From a virus (taxonomy: Duplodnaviria; Caudoviricetes), in IMG/VR virus record IMGVR_UViG_3300046063_000066, positions 1-24,577 of that record: a stretch of DNA of 24,577 nt; one strand, given 5' to 3'. Below, piece after piece: positions 24,246 to 24,577 of this stretch (position 1 is its first letter; every line of letters begins with the position of its first letter). Below the pieces are notes generated by a model, which worked only from the letters and a program-made list of their open reading frames with translations, was not told where the DNA came from and searched no databases. A program made the position numbers and the translations under genes.

Positions 24246-24379
24246 CGCTCCGGTGTGAGGCTTGCGACGGTCCGGTGATCCTCGTCGACGACAACGGGGC
24301 CGAGTATCCCGAGACGCGCGTCGAGTTCTACGAGTGCGATCAGTGTGGTCACCGTCAGCGGAAGGTGCTCGTCGCATGA
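24242..24379 (+). CDS. Zinc-finger microprotein (45 aa)
   Basis: GTGA overlap; MTLRCEACDG...YECDQCGH. Confidence 0.72.
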   Translation: MTLRCEACDGPVILVDDNGAEYPETRVEFYECDQCGHRQRKVLVA

Positions 24380-24577
24380 GCCGGCCGGCACTGCCAGCGG
24401 AACGCGGGGTCGGTCTCCAGCGAGACACGCCGACCCTCTCGGAGCTGAAGGCGGCCCACGACTGGCGGCAAGAGGAGCGTGCCGAGGGCCGGTACATCGT
24501 CGACGTCTGTCAGCAGTGTGGGTACGAGCGCTCCGCCGGACGCGCGGGTCGGCCCCCGGCCTGCGAGGTTCGCGAGA
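24376..24577 (+). CDS. Zinc-finger-like small protein (partial)
   Basis: ATGA overlap; open to the window end: MSRPALP...AHDW...VCQQCGY...PPAC. Confidence 0.6.
   Translation, partial: MSRPALPAERGVGLQRDTPTLSELKAAHDWRQEERAEGRYIVDVCQQCGYERSAGRAGRPPACEVRE

Larger units (their letters stand above)
1..24577. mobile_element. Haloarchaeal tailed virus / provirus (siphovirus-like)
   Basis: Canonical head-neck-tail gene order, acidic proteome, archaeal BRE/TATA promoters, phiH1-like repressor and CPxCG microproteins. Confidence 0.93.

Overview
This high-GC window encodes acidic proteins and is the late (virion morphogenesis) region plus the immunity/early switch of a haloarchaeal tailed virus or provirus. 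It is HK97-type and probably a siphovirus, since no sheath gene is evident. The + strand runs: terminase large subunit C-terminus, portal, MuF/SPP1-gp7 minor head protein, protease/scaffold, decoration protein, major capsid protein, head-tail connectors, tail tube, tail assembly chaperone (with a TTT-CGC +1 frameshift extension), tape measure protein, tail tip/fibre genes and a beta-helix receptor-binding protein. Three inserts interrupt the late operon: an antisense three-gene cassette (AbrB-like microprotein plus two small membrane proteins) between the chaperone and tape measure genes, a LAGLIDADG endonuclease gene in the last codons of a tail gene, and an antisense HTH cassette flanked by a diverged duplicate of the target gene's 5' end. 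The right end holds a leftward operon headed by a phiH1-like wHTH repressor, with an in-frame remnant of a second repressor C-terminus behind its stop. Facing it is a rightward SWIM/Zn-finger operon whose leader can fold into two mutually exclusive RNA structures. Family assignments come from motifs recognised by eye and from gene order; no database searches were run.
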